The notes under the pieces are model-generated. The model worked only from the letters and a program-made list of their open reading frames with translations, did no database searches and had not been told where the DNA came from. The position numbers were made by a program, and so were the translations under genes. A DNA stretch of 64,000 nucleotides from an uncultured bacterium. Its GTDB lineage: Bacteria > Patescibacteriota > Microgenomatia > UBA1400 > MFAQ01. Shown here one piece after another: positions 36,497 through 46,859 of this stretch. The stretch lies in contig CAXBYW010000001.1 of NCBI GenBank assembly GCA_963980225.1, positions 99,301 to 163,300 of the forward strand, in the 5' to 3' direction. The number at the start of each line of letters is the position of its first letter. Positions within the stretch are counted from its first letter, which is position 1.

Positions 36497-39400
36497 GTAA
36501 CTTTACCCACTTACACGTCCACTCAGAATACTCCTTACTAGACGGTCTCTCAAAAATATCAAAAATAATTAAAAAAACTAAAGAATTCGGTCAGTCAGCT
36601 GTGGCTCTTACCGACCATGGAGGTATGTATGGCGCCATAGACTTTTATAAAAAAGCTACCAAAGAAGACATAAAACCTATCATCGGTTGTGAAGTCTATG
36701 TGGCCACTAAAAGTAGATTAGACAGACAAAGGCAGGACGCTAGTCACCTGGTGCTGTTAGCCAAAGACTACCAGGGTTACCAAAACTTAATGAAACTATC
36801 TACTCTAGCTCACACAGAAGGTTTCTACTACAAACCCAGAGTAGACAAGGAGCTTTTAGAAAAATACCACCAAGGTCTCATCGCCACTACCGCTTGTCTT
36901 GGCAGTAGGGTCAATAAATTAATAGTTGGTGGGGAGCTAAAAGAGGCCAAAAAAGAAGTACAAGAACTAGAGCAAATATTTGGATCAGACAACCTCTATA
37001 TAGAGCTACAAAGACACCATTTCGACCAATACAGTAAAGATCCTAAAGTACCTAAAGAAATAAAAGGAGAGTTGCTAGAGATGTACGGAAAAGAGCAAAA
37101 GGCAGAAAAAGAACTAATAAAACTAAGTAGGGAACTAGGTATTCCCCTTATCGCCACCAACGATGCTCACTATATAACTAAAGAAGATGCTAGAGCTCAA
37201 GACGCTATTGTCTGTATCCAAACCGGCAAATTAACCTCCGACATAAACAGATTAAGGTTTGTAGATACCCCAGACTTCTATTTAAAGTCTCCTAAAGAAA
37301 TGGAGAAAGAATTCGAAGACCTACCAGAAGCCATAACAAACACTGGCAAAATCGCCGATAAAGTAGATATAAGAATCTCACTCGGTAAATGGTGCTTCCC
37401 TAAAATAGATCTTCCTAAAGGAAAAACCGCTACAGAGGCCTTAAAAGACATGGCATACGCCGGTGCTAAAGAAAAGTTCCCTAAGATGACCCAGCAGATA
37501 AAAAAAAGAATCGATTACGAGTTAGGAGTCATCGATGAAAAAGGCTACTCAGCTTACTTCTTGCTCTACGCTGACTTAGTTGAGTACTGTGAGAGTGCCG
37601 GCATATATACCAATACCAGAGGATCAGCCGCTGGTTCTTTTGTGTCTTACTGTTGCAACATCACTACAGTTGACCCATTAAGATTCAAACTTCCATTCGA
37701 AAGATTCTTAAATCCATTTAGACCATCACCTCCAGATATCGACTTAGACGTATCAGACGATAGACGTGACCAAGTAATAGATTACCTAAAAGAAAAGTAT
37801 GGTGAAGAAAAAGTAGCCCAGATCTGCACCTTTGGAACCATGAAGGCCAGAGCCGCCATAAGAGACATGGGTAGGGTTCAAGGTATACCTTACTCAGAGG
37901 TGGACAAAATCTCAAAATTAGTCCCCATGGGCTCTCAAGGTTTCCCCATGACCATAGACAAGGCTCTAGAGATTACTCCTGAGCTAAAGCAAATTCAAAA
38001 CTCCGACCCAAAGATTAAAGACTTACTAGACCTATCTAAAAAAGTAGAAGGTAACACACGCCATATCTCAGTACACGCTGCTGCAGTGGTCGTCTCCCCA
38101 GATGAATTAACCGAGTTTTCTCCACTACAGTTTGAACCAGGAGGGGACGAGAAAATAATTACCCAGTATGAAATGCACGCTTGCGAAGACGTTGGTCTAA
38201 TTAAATTAGATATCTTGGGTATTAGAAACCTATCAATCCTTGCTAATGCCATAAAATTAATCAAGATTCTTCACAAAAAAGAGATCGACATTCACACCAT
38301 CCCCTTGGACGACAAGAAAACCTTCGAGATCCTCTGCGATGGTGAGACCTTTGGCATCTTCCAGCTTGCTAGTAGTGGTATGACCAAGTATCTAATGGAA
38401 CTAAAACCGGAAAAGATAGACGACATCATGGCCATGGTTGCCCTATACCGCCCAGGTCCTATGTCTTTCATCCCTGAGTACATCAAAAGGAAACATAACC
38501 CTAAGCTGATCAAGTACTTCGATCCTCGAATGGAAGAGTTTTTAAAATCAAGTTACGGAATCATTACCTACCAGGATGACGTCTTGTACATCGCGATTAA
38601 CTTAGCTGGATATAACTGGGAAGAAGCAGACAAGTTCAGAAAAGCCATTGGTAAAAAGATTCCAGAAGAAATGGAGAAGCAGCATGCTAAGTTTGTAGAT
38701 GGGGCTGTAGAAAATGGCATGACCAAGAAAAGAGCAGAAGATCTCTTTAGTCAGATCGAAACTTTTGCTGCGTACGGATTTAACCAGGCTCACGCCGCTA
38801 GTTACGGAGTCTTGGCTTACTGGACAGCCTACACAAAGGCTCACTACCCAGTCGAGTACATGACCGCACTAATGAGTGCAGAGGCCACTCACACAGACAA
38901 ACTAACAGAAGCAATAAACGAGTGTGAAGTGTTAGGTATCAAGGTCTTACCACCAGACATAAACGAGTCTTTAACAGACTTTACTGTGGTAGATATAGGT
39001 AAAGAACAGGCTTTACCTGCTGGTAGAGTTAAAGATGGAGGTAAGGCCATTCGCTTTGGTCTAAATGCCATAAAAAACGTCGGTGCTGCAGCTCTAGAAT
39101 TCATCTTGAAAGCTAGGAAAGACGAGCCATTCAGCTCATTCTCAGATTTCCTAAACAAAGTTAACCTACAAAAAGTCAACAAAAAAGTCATTGAATCTCT
39201 AATTAAAGTAGGTGCCTTCGACCGCTTTGGGCAACGAACAGCTCTTCTAGCCTATCTACCTCAAGCTAGAGACGCTGCTACTAAACTCGCAAAAGAAAGG
39301 CTTTCAGGCCAAACCAGTCTGTTTGGATCAGCCGAAAAAAGCATAAAAGACCTAAAAGACAATGTTCCAGAAGTAGAAGAAGCTCCGCTATCAGAGATCC

Positions 39401-39984
39401 TAAAAAATGAAAAAGAACTTCTAGGTGTCTACCTTACTGGCCACCCAATCAAGGCTTTAAGTGCTCAAATTAGAAACCGTCTAACACATAAACTAAATCA
39501 ACTAGACAAGAACATGAATGGGCAGAGTGTCTCTGTGGCAGGTATTATCGCTTCTTTAAGATTGGTAAATACCAAAAAGAACAACTCACGGATGGCTTTT
39601 GCCGCTCTAGAAGACGAGTTGGGTAGAGTAGACATAGTCATCTTCCCCAAGCTATTCAAAGACACAGCCGATATCTGGAAAGAAGACAGCCCTGTTCTTG
39701 TTTCCGGTAGGTTAGACAACAAAGACGATGAGCTTTCCTTAATCGTAGAAGAGGTAGAAGAAGTAAATAGTGAGTTTTTAGCCGGACAACCAGTTACTCT
39801 AGAGATCCCCAGAGGCACAGACAAAAAAGTTATGCAGACAATCAGCCAGCTATTACAGGAAAACCCAGGAAACCTTTCTGTGGAGATAATTATCAAAAAC
39901 GGTGGAGCAGACAAGAGAATCAACCTTCCTTACAAAGTAAACCTAAACGATTCACTAAGAAAGAAAATAGCCTCTCTTTTGTGA
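36493..39984 (+). CDS. dnaE: DNA polymerase III alpha subunit
   Basis: HLHVHSEYSLLDG (PHP), RGSAAGS, PDIDLD, YGFNQAHA. Confidence 0.97.
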   Translation: MSNFTHLHVHSEYSLLDGLSKISKIIKKTKEFGQSAVALTDHGGMYGAIDFYKKATKEDIKPIIGCEVYVATKSRLDRQRQDASHLVLLAKDYQGYQNLMKLSTLAHTEGFYYKPRVDKELLEKYHQGLIATTACLGSRVNKLIVGGELKEAKKEVQELEQIFGSDNLYIELQRHHFDQYSKDPKVPKEIKGELLEMYGKEQKAEKELIKLSRELGIPLIATNDAHYITKEDARAQDAIVCIQTGKLTSDINRLRFVDTPDFYLKSPKEMEKEFEDLPEAITNTGKIADKVDIRISLGKWCFPKIDLPKGKTATEALKDMAYAGAKEKFPKMTQQIKKRIDYELGVIDEKGYSAYFLLYADLVEYCESAGIYTNTRGSAAGSFVSYCCNITTVDPLRFKLPFERFLNPFRPSPPDIDLDVSDDRRDQVIDYLKEKYGEEKVAQICTFGTMKARAAIRDMGRVQGIPYSEVDKISKLVPMGSQGFPMTIDKALEITPELKQIQNSDPKIKDLLDLSKKVEGNTRHISVHAAAVVVSPDELTEFSPLQFEPGGDEKIITQYEMHACEDVGLIKLDILGIRNLSILANAIKLIKILHKKEIDIHTIPLDDKKTFEILCDGETFGIFQLASSGMTKYLMELKPEKIDDIMAMVALYRPGPMSFIPEYIKRKHNPKLIKYFDPRMEEFLKSSYGIITYQDDVLYIAINLAGYNWEEADKFRKAIGKKIPEEMEKQHAKFVDGAVENGMTKKRAEDLFSQIETFAAYGFNQAHAASYGVLAYWTAYTKAHYPVEYMTALMSAEATHTDKLTEAINECEVLGIKVLPPDINESLTDFTVVDIGKEQALPAGRVKDGGKAIRFGLNAIKNVGAAALEFILKARKDEPFSSFSDFLNKVNLQKVNKKVIESLIKVGAFDRFGQRTALLAYLPQARDAATKLAKERLSGQTSLFGSAEKSIKDLKDNVPEVEEAPLSEILKNEKELLGVYLTGHPIKALSAQIRNRLTHKLNQLDKNMNGQSVSVAGIIASLRLVNTKKNNSRMAFAALEDELGRVDIVIFPKLFKDTADIWKEDSPVLVSGRLDNKDDELSLIVEEVEEVNSEFLAGQPVTLEIPRGTDKKVMQTISQLLQENPGNLSVEIIIKNGGADKRINLPYKVNLNDSLRKKIASLL

Positions 39985-40004
39985 TAAAATACTTAACCTA
40001 GATC

Positions 40005-40544
40005 ATGAATAGAACAAAATGGAACAACCAGGTGACTTTTAACGTCGGCGACACAATTAAGGTCCACCAAAATATTACAGAAGGTGAAAAGAGCCGTACT
40101 CAGATTTTTCAGGGTATTGTTATTCGCATTAAAGGCCATGAAGGCTTAACTTCCTTCACCGTCAGGAAGATCACAGCTTCCGGTGTTGGTGTAGAGAGAA
40201 TCTATCCTTTAAAAGCTCCAATCATCCTTAAAATTGAAGTGGTTAAAAAAGGTAAGGTCAAAAGAGCCAAACTTTACTACTTAAGAGACAGAGTTGGTAA
40301 GAAAGCCAAGATCCAGGATAGCTTTGTAAAGAAACAGGACATCGAAGAGATCACACCAGTAGTGGAGGAACCAAAGGTCAAACCAAAAGAAGACAAAGAG
40401 GAAAAAGAAGAAGTTAGAGAGAAAAAGGAAGTCAAACCTTTAGAGGCAAGCAACAAATCAGAACTTAAAGCAGCAGCTAGGGCCAGAAGAAAGGCTAAGA
40501 AAAAAGGAAAAGTAGAAAGAAAAGAGAGAAAAGACGCCAGATAA
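40005..40544 (+). CDS. rplS: 50S ribosomal protein L19 with charged C-terminal extension
   Basis: GDTIKV, FQGIVI, GVGVERIYP, RAKLYYLR. Confidence 0.93.
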   Translation: MNRTKWNNQVTFNVGDTIKVHQNITEGEKSRTQIFQGIVIRIKGHEGLTSFTVRKITASGVGVERIYPLKAPIILKIEVVKKGKVKRAKLYYLRDRVGKKAKIQDSFVKKQDIEEITPVVEEPKVKPKEDKEEKEEVREKKEVKPLEASNKSELKAAARARRKAKKKGKVERKERKDAR

Positions 40545-40576
40545 TTTCAATAGATGTTAAAATATACATAAGCTAC

Positions 40577-40650
40577 GGGTCCGTAGCTCAGTCGGTTAGA
40601 GCACCTGCCTTTTAAGCAGGGTGTCGTGGGTTCGAATCCCACCGGACCCA
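40577..40650 (+). tRNA. tRNA-Lys(TTT)
   Basis: GGGTCCG/CGGACCC acceptor, CCTGC-CTTTTAA-GCAGG anticodon arm. Confidence 0.94.
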
Positions 40651-40691
40651 CAACAAGTAACGGTTAAATTATTAATTTCAAATAAAACATT

Positions 40692-41030
40692 ATGAAATTT
40701 AACATCAGACTCCTTTACCTCTATTTATTCTCCTTCGTCGGGTTACTAATTACCATCATTGGTGCAACCAACCTGGTTAGCCTAGGCTTAAAGGTTTACG
40801 TGTTTGATAACGCAGACATTCAAGACACCAAGATCATGGCTCCACGCTTAGTAGAGGGTGAAAAGCTAGCAATAGAAGATCAAGTCTCAGATGAAGAAAG
40901 AGAGGCAAGTCTTTTAAAAGAAAATATCAAGAGACGTCAAAGAGAGGTTTCTAACTCACTTTCTATGATTATTGTAGGAGTGCCTTTATACCTCTATCAC
41001 TGGAGAACCATAAAAAGAGAAAAGAAATAA
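40692..41030 (+). CDS. 2-TM hypothetical membrane protein
   Basis: IRLLYLYLFS...IVGVPLYLYHW. Confidence 0.7.
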   Translation: MKFNIRLLYLYLFSFVGLLITIIGATNLVSLGLKVYVFDNADIQDTKIMAPRLVEGEKLAIEDQVSDEEREASLLKENIKRRQREVSNSLSMIIVGVPLYLYHWRTIKREKK

Positions 41031-41100
41031 CAAATATTCTCTCCTCCATCCGTTAAAATTTGATAAAATAGGAGATAGGCTCCAAAGCCAAGTTCGTCTT

Positions 41101-41173
41101 GGCCCCGTCGTCTAGCGGTTAGGACACCAGGTTTTCATCCTGGAGATCGCGGGTTCAAATCCCGCCGGGGTCA
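41101..41173 (+). tRNA. tRNA-Glu(TTC)
   Basis: GGCCCCG/CGGGGTC acceptor, CCAGG-TTTTCAT-CCTGG anticodon arm. Confidence 0.93.
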
Positions 41174-41261
41174 CACTTAATAAATAGATTGGTATATCCA
41201 GTTATTTTGTTGTATCTATATCTTCTCATAACATAAGCTGGTTAATGATAAAATTCTATTT

Positions 41262-41828
41262 ATGAAAACTGCAATTATCCTTCATGGAATGCCGTCAAAG
41301 ACTGGCTACTATGATCCAGACCGAGAGTCTCAATCTAATGAGCACTGGTTACCTTGGCTACAACATGAGTTGATCATTAGAGATGTCCTGACACAAACAC
41401 CTGAGCTACCCAAACCTTATGATCCTACTTATGAAGAATGGTTGGATGTCTTTCGCCGGTTCCAGGTGGATGAAGACTCAGTTCTTGTTGGGCACAGTTT
41501 GGGTGGTGGCTTCTTAGTGCGTTGGTTGAGCGAATCTGATGTGAGGATTAACAAACTAATATTAGTTGCTCCCTGGATTGATCCTGATGGGAAAATTAAG
41601 AATGGATTCTTTAACTTCAAGATAGACGGTCAATTAGAAGAAAAGGTTAATGAGCTTCACATCCTCCACTCAAAGGATGATGACAAGGGTGTTAGGGAGA
41701 GTGTCAAGACGCTTAGAAATACCATAAAAGATCACAAATATCATGAGTTTGAAAAACACGGTCATTTTTGTTTTGGAGACATGAAGACGAGAGAATTTCC
41801 CGAACTGTTAAAACTAATACTTGATTAG
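41262..41828 (+). CDS. Alpha/beta hydrolase (RBBP9/YdeN-like)
   Basis: ILHG, WLPWL, GHSLG, S.DD, GHF. Confidence 0.85.
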   Translation: MKTAIILHGMPSKTGYYDPDRESQSNEHWLPWLQHELIIRDVLTQTPELPKPYDPTYEEWLDVFRRFQVDEDSVLVGHSLGGGFLVRWLSESDVRINKLILVAPWIDPDGKIKNGFFNFKIDGQLEEKVNELHILHSKDDDKGVRESVKTLRNTIKDHKYHEFEKHGHFCFGDMKTREFPELLKLILD

Positions 41829-41992
41829 TTTCTATTACCCAATAGGTAAGGTATGTAAGTGTGTTGTAGGCACGGTAGATTCTTGTGGTGGTTGGGTTTG
41901 GAGAAATGAGTATTGTCTCTCTAGGCTAGAGTAAATTGAGTTCCAGTTTGAGGACAGATAGTTCACATTCACTTTATATGACCATGTGACAT

Positions 41993-42212
41993 TTACACTT
42001 CTGACTTTGCTTTTTGTTTTGGTGGACATTTAGTATCTGCGTATGAGCAAAAAACACAACAGTCTCCTTTTTTTTGGAGTAACTATTTCATTGCAGTTAT
42101 TACATTTATAAAAATGTTGACAGGCATTTGTGGGCATTTCCTCTAAATACTTAGTGTCACATTCTGGACATTTTATTACCGCCTTAAGTTTAATATCTTT
42201 ATATGCTTTCAC
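41993..42212 (-). pseudogene. GDCCVxC-domain small metalloprotein, frameshifted in an A8 tract
   Basis: CPEC...MPTNACQHFYKC..C...PKK in one frame; GDCCVFCSYADTKCPPKQ continues in another frame across 42068-42075. Confidence 0.75.
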
Positions 42213-42216
42213 AGTC

Positions 42217-42855
42217 TTATCTCGCAAATTTTTCTGGTGATTGGTTTTTGTACGTGTCAATATACTTTTGAATCAAAGCTCTATCTATTGACTCAATCTT
42301 CATCATTCTTCCCCAGGAAGCAATCACGATCCTACCATCATTACTAGGTCTAGGAGATACGACAGTGCTTTGTGAATTTTGCTTACCAATTTCTTTCAAG
42401 ATAGCTATCTCCTCATCACTAATATCTTTGTATGAGATCCAGATCCCACCGTGCTCCATATTATGAACCGCAGCTTTATCATCAATTTCCTTACGATAAA
42501 CACCCCAGTTTCCTGCTTGCGCCAAGTGTCCACCTGAGGTAGGTGGGTTAGTTTGATACTCAACATTTGTCCCAGCTGGGACATGAGCGCTCCCTTCGAT
42601 TGGAAACTCCTCAATCTTTCCATCTAGTGAAACCACTTCAAGTTGTTGTTCAAACTCAATTTCTTCAGGACTTTTCTTTGACAACTGTACATACCCAATA
42701 ACCGCAACGACAGAAAGAGCGGTTACTAAGGACCAATTACGAATCTTTTTGACAAGCTCGTCTCTTTGCTCACGTTCTCTTCTCAACTGTTTAAGTTTTT
42801 TCCTACGTTCGTGTTTTGGTAAATTGTTCCACTCTTCAGGATAATCCATACTCAA
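42217..42855 (-). CDS. DUF3105-like membrane-anchored protein
   Basis: NPPTSGGH, VHNMEHGGIWISY. Confidence 0.75.
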   Translation of the reverse strand: MSMDYPEEWNNLPKHERRKKLKQLRREREQRDELVKKIRNWSLVTALSVVAVIGYVQLSKKSPEEIEFEQQLEVVSLDGKIEEFPIEGSAHVPAGTNVEYQTNPPTSGGHLAQAGNWGVYRKEIDDKAAVHNMEHGGIWISYKDISDEEIAILKEIGKQNSQSTVVSPRPSNDGRIVIASWGRMMKIESIDRALIQKYIDTYKNQSPEKFAR

Positions 42856-43394
42856 CTCGTCCTTTCTACCTTACATACAAATGGTTGGTTAATTTTTTTA
42901 ATAGTCAAATTCGTAGCATATAGTAAGATTGCGATTCCAATAAACCCAAACTCTTGCCCTCTAAATGGTAAGAATCCGAGAATTGCAGTGGTTGACCCTA
43001 AGCCAATTAATGAAGTTAAAATCACCGAACCACAAGATGCACAACCAATTCCAAACATACTACTCACGATCCCTATCAAAGACACCCCCATTGATCGCTG
43101 TAATTTGGCTGTTTGGCGTAAGTAGTAGGTAGCCAGGCTTATCTGTAGTCCGGCAAGTACAGCAGTCACAATAGTGACCAAACGTGATAAGGCAGTAAAA
43201 TTTGTTTGTAGTGAACCTAGTAAGCTTGCCAGTAAATTTGTTTTCTGCCACAAGCTCATCGTAGAGTTAGTCATCACACTAGAAATTAGATGTAGGTTAG
43301 GTAGCCAAGCAGCAAAAGCCAGTATCATCAAGGACACCAATACCAATAGTAATAGGTACTTGGGTTTGGTCATTATCTTAATAATGGTTGCCAT
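42852..43394 (-). CDS. Membrane protein with CxxC (GCASCG)
   Basis: 4 TM segments, GIGCASCGS. Confidence 0.7.
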   Translation of the reverse strand: MATIIKIMTKPKYLLLLVLVSLMILAFAAWLPNLHLISSVMTNSTMSLWQKTNLLASLLGSLQTNFTALSRLVTIVTAVLAGLQISLATYYLRQTAKLQRSMGVSLIGIVSSMFGIGCASCGSVILTSLIGLGSTTAILGFLPFRGQEFGFIGIAILLYATNLTIKKINQPFVCKVERTS

Positions 43395-43399
43395 GATTC

Positions 43400-44146
43400 T
43401 TAAAGTAGAGAGTCAATCACTACTTCGAAGGTAGCATATGGTTGTGCCCCAACTAACAACTCACCATCAATCTCTCCATTAGGAGTCGATTTGCCGATTA
43501 TAAACGTCGGTGTACCACTAGCACCAGCCTTTCCTGCATCAACCAGGTCTTTCTTGACCTCATCTTCTTGAGCGGTGTCTAGAAGACAGCTATTAAAAGA
43601 ACTTATATTTAACCCTGTATCCACGGCTATAGTAGTCAAATCATTCTCTGACAGTCCATTGCCATTTGAGATTGTTCTAGTAAATATTTCATCATGATAC
43701 TGGAAGTACTTAGCATCTCCACCTTGTTCCCCTGCACAGTTAGCAGCAATCGCTTCCTTAGTCGCCATGGGATCGTGGAATGATAATGGTAGATCTCTAA
43801 ACACGATCTTGACCTTACCTGTATCAACATAGTTCTGAATTAGTTTGGGAAGTGTTTCATCAAAATGACGTTTACAGAATGGGCACTCATAATCTGAAAA
43901 TTCAATAATAGTTACAGGAGCATCCTTGTCACCTAAAACAGGGTCATCATCAACAGAAGCAACGCCTTTAGTTGGCTGTTGTGGTTGAGCAGCAGCTTGT
44001 TTTTGGTTTTGGCCTGAGTCAATATCTTTTTCCAGCATCTGAACCTTGGTATATAAAGACCCAATAAAGAAAGCTGCAGCTATCAGTGATAGTGTCAACA
44101 AAGGTGTTAATTTGTTGGAAAAAGGATTGGTTTTTGTTTTGCTCAT
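43400..44146 (-). CDS. DsbA-family thiol-disulfide oxidoreductase
   Basis: EFSDYECPFC, GTPTF, GAQP. Confidence 0.9.
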   Translation of the reverse strand: MSKTKTNPFSNKLTPLLTLSLIAAAFFIGSLYTKVQMLEKDIDSGQNQKQAAAQPQQPTKGVASVDDDPVLGDKDAPVTIIEFSDYECPFCKRHFDETLPKLIQNYVDTGKVKIVFRDLPLSFHDPMATKEAIAANCAGEQGGDAKYFQYHDEIFTRTISNGNGLSENDLTTIAVDTGLNISSFNSCLLDTAQEDEVKKDLVDAGKAGASGTPTFIIGKSTPNGEIDGELLVGAQPYATFEVVIDSLL

Positions 44147-44166
44147 ATAATTTCTCAGTAAGTTAA

Positions 44167-44778
44167 TTAATTTTTTAATTTAGAGTATCTTTTTTCAATT
44201 TTGTCCCAATCAACTATCTGCCAAAAAGCATAGATATAGTCTGGTCTGCGATTTTGATATTTCAAGTAATATGCGTGTTCCCATAAGTCCAGGGCTAAAA
44301 GTGGTACCTGACCATTTGATACGGGGCTATCTTGATTGGGAGTAGTAGTGATAACTAACTTACCCTTATCCTTCACCAACCATGTCCAACCACTACCGAA
44401 AAGAGAGCTTGCTTTTAAATTAAATTCTTCTTTAAAGTTCTGGAAAGTACCAAAAGTCTTTGTTATCTCTTCTGCAAGTTTTCCTTTGGGTTCTCCGCCA
44501 CCATTGGGGGATAAGATTTCCCAGAACAGAGAGTGATTGAAATGGCCTCCAGCAGTGTTTCTAATCGCTTTAGATGCTTTTGCTGGCAAACTATCAAGGT
44601 TGGTTAGAAGCTCTTCTAATGACTTACCTTGAAGCTCAGAATTTGCTTCTATTGTCTCATTCAGTTTGTTTATATAGCCTTGGTGATGTTTACCGTGGTG
44701 AATCTCCATTGTCTCCTTATCTATATGTGGCTCAAGAGCGTCAAGGGAATGGTTTAGTTTTGGTAAAGTAAATGACAT
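44167..44778 (-). CDS. sod: Fe/Mn superoxide dismutase
   Basis: [23 protein letters not shown]; start moved to ATG 44778. Confidence 0.93.
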   Translation of the reverse strand: MSFTLPKLNHSLDALEPHIDKETMEIHHGKHHQGYINKLNETIEANSELQGKSLEELLTNLDSLPAKASKAIRNTAGGHFNHSLFWEILSPNGGGEPKGKLAEEITKTFGTFQNFKEEFNLKASSLFGSGWTWLVKDKGKLVITTTPNQDSPVSNGQVPLLALDLWEHAYYLKYQNRRPDYIYAFWQIVDWDKIEKRYSKLKN

Positions 44779-44863
44779 GAACATCATTATACATTTATAC
44801 ATCCACCATGCAAGTCTAAGTTTAAATAGGATTGATATTAATGAGGTATAGTTAGACTCATAT

Positions 44864-45346
44864 ATGAAGGTACTAGGAATTGATCCAGGAACAGGTAGGA
44901 TGGGCTGGGCTATTGTAGAAAAACTTAAGGGTAAAGAAAGCTTAATCGAATGTGGTTGTCTGGAAACACCTCCACACACACCCTTACCAATCAGGCTAGA
45001 AAAGATTCATTCATTTTTAAATGAAATCATAACTAAACATAAACCCCAGTCAGCTTCAATTGAAGATCTGTTCTTTGCTAAAAATAGAAAGACCGTTATG
45101 TCGGTAGGTGCAGCTAGGGGAGTGATCATCTTAGCCTGTAAGCAAGCCAAGCTAGATATCAATCTATATACCCCGCTACAAATAAAGTCTTCAGTCACTG
45201 GTTACGGGCAGGCAGACAAGAAACAGGTGCAGTTCATGGTGCAAAATATCTTGAAGACAAAAGAGATCCCACAGTTAGATGACGCCATAGATGCCGTGGC
45301 TGCTGCCTTGACTCACCTGTCAAGAACTCCAAGTGTTACAATCTAA
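44864..45346 (+). CDS. ruvC: Holliday junction resolvase RuvC
   Basis: LGIDPG, IEDLFF, GYGQADK.QV, DDAIDA. Confidence 0.95.
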   Translation: MKVLGIDPGTGRMGWAIVEKLKGKESLIECGCLETPPHTPLPIRLEKIHSFLNEIITKHKPQSASIEDLFFAKNRKTVMSVGAARGVIILACKQAKLDINLYTPLQIKSSVTGYGQADKKQVQFMVQNILKTKEIPQLDDAIDAVAAALTHLSRTPSVTI

Positions 45347-45348
45347 GC

Positions 45349-45903
45349 ATGATTGGTTTTCTTTCGGGTAAAATAACAAACTCAAAAAACGACTCAATAA
45401 TACTAGACGTTAACGGAGTTGGGTATCTAATATCCACAGTAAAGGTAAACCAAGTCAGTTCCAGTAAAGTTAGCTTTTTCATCCATACTCACGTCAAAGA
45501 AGACGAGATCTCTCTCTTTGGATTCAAGACCCAAGAAGAGCTCGAGCTATTCAAAAACCTAATCTCTGTCTCTGGTGTTGGCCCTAGGATTGCTCTATCA
45601 ATCTTAGCTTCCGGTACAGAAGTTGATATCGTCTCCGCCATTAAAAATAGTTCGGTAGACTTTTTCTCTGCTGTGCCAGGTATTGGCAAGAAAACCGCTC
45701 AAAAACTAATCATCGACCTAAAGTCTAAATTAGATAACTCGTTTGCCGATCTTGCAATGTTAAACCAAGACTCTAGTTTGGTAGAAGGTTTGTTGGGCTT
45801 AGGCTTCGCCAAAAAAGAAATTCAAAAGATAGCTCCTAAGATTAAACCTGACTTAAAATTAGCAGAACAAATCAAACTAGCCCTTAAATTACTAAACCAA
45901 TGA
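45349..45903 (+). CDS. ruvA: RuvA
   Basis: DVNGVGY, VSGVGP, VPGIGKKTA. Confidence 0.94.
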   Translation: MIGFLSGKITNSKNDSIILDVNGVGYLISTVKVNQVSSSKVSFFIHTHVKEDEISLFGFKTQEELELFKNLISVSGVGPRIALSILASGTEVDIVSAIKNSSVDFFSAVPGIGKKTAQKLIIDLKSKLDNSFADLAMLNQDSSLVEGLLGLGFAKKEIQKIAPKIKPDLKLAEQIKLALKLLNQ

Positions 45904-46859
45904 CTTTAAAAAAAGCCAACCTTAGACCAACAGACTGGAGCAGTTTTACCGGCCAAGAAAACACAGTTAAGTCAATCCAAATAGCCATCAAGGCCAGTCA
46001 AAAAAGAAAGGAACCACTAGAGCACGTCCTACTCTACGGGCCACCAGGTTTGGGTAAAACAACCCTAGCTAACATCATCGCCAAGAATCTAAACACCAAC
46101 ATAAAGATTACCTCGGGACCTGCCTTAACCCGTTCTGGTGATTTAGCTTCTATTCTTACCTCACTAGAGCCAGGCGATATCTTGTTCATCGATGAGATCC
46201 ACAGATTAAACAAGAATGTAGAAGAAGCCCTCTACCCAGCTATGGAGGACTTCAACCTAGACATCGTCTTGGGTAAAGGACCTGGTGCTAGAACTCTGCG
46301 TCTTGACCTTAACCCATTCACCATTATTGGTGCTACTACTAAGGCAGGAGCCATCTCCAGTCCCTTAAGGGATCGCTTTGGCCTGGTTCACCGTCTGACC
46401 TACTACTCAGCAAATGATCTAGAGAAGATCATAAAAGATGCTTCTACCGTCTTAGGTATTAAGTTAGATACCGACTCTGCCAAGGAAATAGCTAAAAGAT
46501 CTAGAGGTACAGCTAGAATTGCCCTAAAACTCCTCCGACGTGTCAGAGACTACTGTCTCATCGAACACGAGAGCAAGCCTAATTTAGACTTAACTCAAAA
46601 ATGTCTTAAGTTCTATCAAGTCGATGACGCTGGTCTAGATGAAACAGACAGGGCTCTTTTGGAAGCCATAATTAAACTACATAATGGTGGGCCTGTTGGC
46701 CTACAAACCTTAGCTTCATTAATTTCAGAGGATTTAGAAACCATAACCGACGTCAACGAGCCATTCCTTTTACAAACAGGCTTTTTAATGAAAACCTCAC
46801 GGGGTAGGGTAGCCACCCCTAAGGCTTATCAACACCTAAACTTGAAAAAAAATGCCTAA
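45900..46859 (+). CDS. ruvB: RuvB
   Basis: GPPGLGKTT, FIDEIHR, LRDRFG. Confidence 0.97.
   Translation: MTLKKANLRPTDWSSFTGQENTVKSIQIAIKASQKRKEPLEHVLLYGPPGLGKTTLANIIAKNLNTNIKITSGPALTRSGDLASILTSLEPGDILFIDEIHRLNKNVEEALYPAMEDFNLDIVLGKGPGARTLRLDLNPFTIIGATTKAGAISSPLRDRFGLVHRLTYYSANDLEKIIKDASTVLGIKLDTDSAKEIAKRSRGTARIALKLLRRVRDYCLIEHESKPNLDLTQKCLKFYQVDDAGLDETDRALLEAIIKLHNGGPVGLQTLASLISEDLETITDVNEPFLLQTGFLMKTSRGRVATPKAYQHLNLKKNA

Noticed and set aside
36493-39984. Intein or intron in dnaE
   Set aside because: Length is normal; only short insertions; no intein terminal or LAGLIDADG motifs seen.
41835-42260. Two separate ORFs of 64 and 76 aa
   Set aside because: Better explained by a single frameshifted GDCCVxC gene plus a spurious frame.
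44779-44979. 67-aa N-terminal extension of SOD
   Set aside because: Overlaps ruvC antisense; SOD homology begins at MSFTLP.
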